From NCBI GenBank assembly GCA_041179585.1, contig JBEGTB010000002.1:1-48064 (forward strand): 48,064 nucleotides of DNA. Direction: 5' to 3'. Numbering within the stretch: position 1 is the stretch's first letter; the number at the start of each line of letters is the position of its first letter. The notes below the pieces were generated by a model, which was given only the letters and a program-made list of their open reading frames with translations, was not told the origin of the DNA and made no database searches. Made by a program: the position numbers and the translations under genes. Shown piece by piece: positions 44,269-48,064 of the stretch. The DNA comes from Actinomycetota bacterium (GTDB taxonomy: Bacteria > Actinomycetota > Actinomycetes > S36-B12 > UBA5976).

Positions 44269-45323
44269 TGCCAATTAAACAAGAAATAAGGGTGTGGCAA
44301 ACTCATCTTGTGGCTAAATCGACTGGCGCTGATAGCAAGGTGATTCTTGCCGTTGGCAAAGAAACAGTTCTAGTCCAGCGGGTAATTGATGGTGTTATTC
44401 ACTCGGCTCGCAATAGTGATCCAAACTTTGTTCGCCAAGAAATCGCTGCAGGAAATGACTCAGCCGGGATGGATTTTGCTAATGCAATGTCGCCATCACT
44501 ATTTGGCGAATTAACAGTTTTGGTGGTTTCAGGGGTTGACTGCGCAACCGATGAACTGGCTGAACAAATTAATTTGTATTTGGATAATGTGCCAGATCAC
44601 ATCAGATTAGTTTTTACGCATCCAGGTGGCGTTAAAGGTAAACGACTTTTGGAAACTATCCGTAAGTCTGGGGTAGTGGAAGCCAACTGCAGCGAACTAA
44701 AGTCAAAGGATCTCGAAGCCGCGCTTGTGGCTGAGTTCAAAAAGCATGGACGTAAAGTAACTGCTGATGCAGTCACGCAATTACAAACTTCACTTGGAAC
44801 GAGTTTAGGTGAACTACTTTCAGCTGTTTCCCAGCTATGCTCAGACATCGAAGCAGAAGTTATTGATGCAACTCATGTGAGCACTTATTACTCTGGCGTA
44901 TCGGATGTGATGGGTTGGACGCTAAGTGATGCGATGTGGAATGCGCAGCCGCTTGAAGTATTAGAACAACTTCGCTGGGCATTGCAGGGTGACACTTCTT
45001 CTGCGGTTCCGGCAATAAGTGCGATTAGCAATGGACTTCGCGCGTTAGTTAAATATGCAGCAGCGCCTGCAGGTATGTCTGAAAATGAACTTGCTGGCGT
45101 TGTTGGTGTTCCACCATGGAAAATCAGAATGCTGCGCAACCAAAAGAATCGTTGGACTCCTGAGCAACTTGCAACGGCGGCCAGGTTACTTGCCCAAGCA
45201 GATCGGGCAAGCAAGGGAACTAGTTATGACCCAGCAATTCCTGGTGGCAAGAGTTTAGATACTGTGCAATCGCAGTATCGAATTGAAAAAGATTTAATGG
45301 CCATAAGGCCACCAAAAAATTAA
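44268..45323 (+). CDS. holA: DNA polymerase III subunit delta
   Basis: About 350 aa in the conserved position between comEC and rpsT, with a HolA-like helical C-terminal pattern. The start is uncertain: GTG 44268 overlaps the comEC stop by 1 nt; TTG 44226 and GTG 44292 are alternatives. Confidence 0.78.
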   Translation: MPIKQEIRVWQTHLVAKSTGADSKVILAVGKETVLVQRVIDGVIHSARNSDPNFVRQEIAAGNDSAGMDFANAMSPSLFGELTVLVVSGVDCATDELAEQINLYLDNVPDHIRLVFTHPGGVKGKRLLETIRKSGVVEANCSELKSKDLEAALVAEFKKHGRKVTADAVTQLQTSLGTSLGELLSAVSQLCSDIEAEVIDATHVSTYYSGVSDVMGWTLSDAMWNAQPLEVLEQLRWALQGDTSSAVPAISAISNGLRALVKYAAAPAGMSENELAGVVGVPPWKIRMLRNQKNRWTPEQLATAARLLAQADRASKGTSYDPAIPGGKSLDTVQSQYRIEKDLMAIRPPKN

Positions 45324-45348
45324 GCCCGCACCAATCGGTACGGGCTTA
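45314..45348 (-). terminator. Terminator hairpin serving rpsT (weaker in the holA direction)
   Basis: AAGCCCGCACC-AATC-GGTACGGGCTT (one mismatch). On the minus strand it is followed by AATTTTTT. Confidence 0.6.
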
Positions 45349-45360
45349 AAGAAGTTTTAT

Positions 45361-45618
45361 TTACTTGCCAGCAGCGGAAGCCATAGCTGACTTGCGGTTA
45401 GCAGCTTGGTTCTTGTGGATTACACCCTTTGATGCAGCCTTATCTAGAGCGCGTGATGCATCAGTTAGTGCAGCAGCAGTAGCGGCCTTATCGCCAGCAG
45501 CAAGTGCTTCACGGAAACGACGTACTTTGGTCTTCAGGGCGCTACGAACTGACTTGTTGCGTTCTTGAGCAGCGTTGTTCTGAAGAATTCGCTTCTTCTG
45601 GGACTTAATGTTTGCCAC
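45361..45618 (-). CDS. rpsT: 30S ribosomal protein S20
   Basis: [30 protein letters not shown]..., GTG start. Confidence 0.93.
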   Translation of the reverse strand: MANIKSQKKRILQNNAAQERNKSVRSALKTKVRRFREALAAGDKAATAAALTDASRALDKAASKGVIHKNQAANRKSAMASAAGK

Positions 45619-45765
45619 GTCTTACCTTGTCTATTTGTCTATCTATTAGGTGCAAGCCACAAGATTACCTTTTAACTAGGCGATTGCTCAAATTGTGTGG
45701 TTCTGTGCCAAAATGGCAAGGCAATTCCCTTGCAAATTAAGCATTTCAACTTAAGAGGATTTTTG

Positions 45766-47619
45766 ATGGCCAGTACTGCTCCCGCACCTGGGGCTACCTC
45801 GCCAGAAATAATTCGAAACTTCTGCATCATCGCTCATATCGACCATGGCAAGTCAACACTTGCTGACCGCATGCTGCAGATCACTGGTGTTGTTGATCCA
45901 AGGCATATGCGTGCTCAGTATTTAGACCGCATGGACATTGAACGCGAACGTGGCATCACTATTAAAAGCCAAGCGGTTCGTTTGCCATTTAAAGCAAATG
46001 ATGGTGTTGATTACGTCTTAAATCTGATCGATACACCAGGGCACGTTGACTTCACATACGAAGTCAGTCGAAGTTTGGCTGCTTGTGAAGGTGCAATTCT
46101 TTTAGTTGATGCTGCTCAAGGCATTGAAGCACAGACTCTGGCCAACCTTTATTTAGCTTTGGAAAATGATTTAACAATAATTCCAGTGCTAAACAAGATT
46201 GATCTTCCAGCAGCTCAGCCAGAAAAGTATGCCGCTGAACTTGCCCACATTATTGGTTGCAAGCCTGAGGATGTTTTAAAGGTAAGTGCTAAGACTGGTG
46301 CTGGCGTTGAAGATTTACTAAATGAAGTAGTCAAACAAATTCCACACCCGATTGGCGTAGCGGATGCACCTGCTCGTGCATTAATTTTTGACTCTGTTTA
46401 TGACACTTATCGCGGTGTGGTTACTTATGTTCGCGTTATTGATGGTCGAATTCCAGAGCGCGAAAAAATCAAGATGATGAGTACCAACGAACAACACGAA
46501 ACTTTAGAAGTTGGTGTTATTTCACCAGAACCGATTGCAGCAAAAGCTATAGGTGTTGGGGAAGTGGGTTACTTAATCACAGGCGTTAAAGATGTTCGTC
46601 AATCAAAAGTTGGTGACACGATCACTTTGGCGGGTAATCCAGCCAAAGAAGCTCTTGGTGGATATCGTGAACCTAAGCCGATGGTTTTTTCCGGGCTTTA
46701 CCCACTTGATGGTTCAGATTTCCCTGAACTTCGTGAAGCCCTAGACAAACTTAAATTAAATGACGCAGCTTTGGTTTATGAACCTGAATCATCTGTGGCA
46801 CTTGGCTTTGGATTCCGATGTGGCTTCCTAGGTTTATTGCATCTTGAAATTGTTCGTGAACGGTTGGAGCGCGAATTTAATTTAGATCTGATTTCAACTG
46901 CACCAAACGTTATTTATCAAGTGAAGATGGATAATGGCAAAGAACTAACGGTTACTAACCCAAGTGAATTCCCATCTGGAAAAATCGCTGAAGTTCACGA
47001 ACCAATTGTGCGCGCCACAATTCTTACCCCAAACGAATTTGTTGGCGCCATCATGGAACTTTGCCAGACCCGTCGCGGAAACATGATGGGCATGGATTAC
47101 CTTTCTGAAGACCGCGTGGAAATGCGCTATACCTTGCCGCTTGCTGAAATTGTTTTTGATTTCTTCGATCAGCTAAAGTCTCGTACTCGTGGCTATGCCT
47201 CACTTGATTACGAAACAACAGGTGACCAATCAGCAGATCTGGTAAAAGTGGATATCTTGCTGCACGGTGATCCAGTCGATGCATTTAGCGCAATTGTTCA
47301 CCGCGATAAGGCTTACGCCTATGGCGTGATGATGGCCGCAAAACTAAAAGAACTCATCCCACGTCAACAGTTCGAAGTGCCAATTCAAGCTGCAATTGGT
47401 GCCAAGATCATTGCCCGCGAAACTATCCGTGCAATGCGCAAAGACGTTTTGGCTAAGTGTTACGGTGGCGACATCTCTCGTAAGCGCAAACTTCTGGAAA
47501 AACAAAAAGAAGGTAAGAAGCGCATGAAGATGGTTGGCCGTGTTGAAGTGCCACAAGAAGCATTCATTGCTGCACTTTCAACCGATGACAGTGGCGCCAA
47601 AGCGAAAGCTAAGGACTAA
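45766..47619 (+). CDS. lepA: Translation elongation factor 4 (LepA)
   Basis: [33 protein letters not shown]. The C-terminal LepA-specific domain has ...[28 protein letters not shown] 45766 lies 6 nt after AAGAGGA; the track's earlier start lacks an SD. Confidence 0.95.
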   Translation: MASTAPAPGATSPEIIRNFCIIAHIDHGKSTLADRMLQITGVVDPRHMRAQYLDRMDIERERGITIKSQAVRLPFKANDGVDYVLNLIDTPGHVDFTYEVSRSLAACEGAILLVDAAQGIEAQTLANLYLALENDLTIIPVLNKIDLPAAQPEKYAAELAHIIGCKPEDVLKVSAKTGAGVEDLLNEVVKQIPHPIGVADAPARALIFDSVYDTYRGVVTYVRVIDGRIPEREKIKMMSTNEQHETLEVGVISPEPIAAKAIGVGEVGYLITGVKDVRQSKVGDTITLAGNPAKEALGGYREPKPMVFSGLYPLDGSDFPELREALDKLKLNDAALVYEPESSVALGFGFRCGFLGLLHLEIVRERLEREFNLDLISTAPNVIYQVKMDNGKELTVTNPSEFPSGKIAEVHEPIVRATILTPNEFVGAIMELCQTRRGNMMGMDYLSEDRVEMRYTLPLAEIVFDFFDQLKSRTRGYASLDYETTGDQSADLVKVDILLHGDPVDAFSAIVHRDKAYAYGVMMAAKLKELIPRQQFEVPIQAAIGAKIIARETIRAMRKDVLAKCYGGDISRKRKLLEKQKEGKKRMKMVGRVEVPQEAFIAALSTDDSGAKAKAKD

Positions 47620-47620
47620 T

Positions 47621-48064
47621 GTGACTGCGCGCGTTATCTCATTGAACGTAGTTTTTGCTGATGTGCCCGATGAAGGTGGCAGTATGCCGTTTACATCAAT
47701 TGATAAACGTCCAGTCGAAGACAGTCGCTTTGTGACATCTGATGGTGTTGCAGGTGACAAGCGATCAGACATGAAACACCACGGATCACCTGATCAAGCT
47801 GTTTATGCATACTCCAGTGAAGACTATGGCTGGTGGTCAGTTGAACTAGATCAGAAATTAACAGCGGGGCAGTTTGGTGAAAACCTAACGACCGCCGGAA
47901 TAGATTTAAATAACTTAGTTATTGGTTCGGTATTTACAGTTGGCACCGCAAAACTTCGTGCAACAAAGCCAAGAATTCCGTGCGCAACTTTTGGTCGATG
48001 GATGCAACAAGATCAGTGGGTTAAAAGATTCAGTGCTGAAAATCGAATCGGTGCGTATTTTGAA
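47621..48064 (+). CDS. MOSC domain-containing protein, partial (runs off the window)
   Basis: My translation from GTG 47621 reads VTARVISLNVVF...DKRPV...GVAGDKRSD..HHGSPDQAVYAYSSEDY..W...GQFGENLTTAGIDL....IGSVFTVGTAKLRATKPRIPCATF. This is a YiiM-like MOSC pattern with the conserved Cys. Confidence 0.72.
   Translation, partial: MTARVISLNVVFADVPDEGGSMPFTSIDKRPVEDSRFVTSDGVAGDKRSDMKHHGSPDQAVYAYSSEDYGWWSVELDQKLTAGQFGENLTTAGIDLNNLVIGSVFTVGTAKLRATKPRIPCATFGRWMQQDQWVKRFSAENRIGAYFE

Noticed and set aside
1-48064. Search for CRISPR arrays, toxin-antitoxin pairs, restriction-modification or other defence systems, IS elements and prophage genes
   Set aside because: There are no repeat-spacer arrays and no small paired ORFs of TA type. 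No methyltransferase, nuclease or ATPase signatures lie outside the housekeeping genes listed. Every ORF over 100 aa that is not a shadow frame has a plausible metabolic or housekeeping assignment.

Overview
The window looks like a compact, coding-dense (about 90%) chromosomal segment from a fairly low-GC, streamlined actinobacterium. My rough hand estimate is 42-53% GC depending on the gene. An acI/Nanopelagicales-like or similar freshwater lineage is inference only. The backbone is the conserved actinobacterial housekeeping block: tRNA-Gly/tRNA-Pro, tig, clpP1, clpP2, clpX, valS, folC, DUF4233, ndk, a radical-SAM pair, rne, rplU, rpmA, obg, then nadD, an LCP-like gene, rsfS, a histidine phosphatase, tRNA-Ala, then leuS, comEA, comEC, holA, rpsT, lepA. 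The left end carries a partial GH13 glucosidase, truncated hemoglobin, a short MscS and pepN. Right after tRNA-Ala, about 13.7 kb (25.0-38.65 kb) of nitrogen-compound catabolism genes is wedged into this backbone. It contains a DUF1185/AA_synth - EthD - proline-racemase-family operon, mmsA, a complete Bacillus-type hut pathway (hutU-hutI-hutH plus divergent hutG), a PatD-like aldehyde dehydrogenase, an ArgI/ArcB-type ornithine carbamoyltransferase, an OYE flavoenzyme and a DMT transporter. I saw no CRISPR array, transposase, integrase, prophage or recognisable defence genes, and no transcription-factor gene anywhere in the 48 kb. The best candidates for undescribed biology are two gene sets. 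One is the uncharacterised three-gene AA_synth-EthD-PRS operon, whose racemase-family member appears to carry a Ser/Cys rather than Cys/Cys catalytic pair. The other is the conserved but function-unknown TIGR03960/TIGR03936 radical-SAM pair translationally coupled just upstream of rne. Secondary signals are apparent leaderless promoters (TAGAAT-N6-8-ATG), structured RNA elements flanking rne, a lysine/alanine repeat tail on L21, a single-gene valS inversion, and convergent genes with overlapping stop codons. All homology calls come from reading motifs in the supplied translations; no database search was run.
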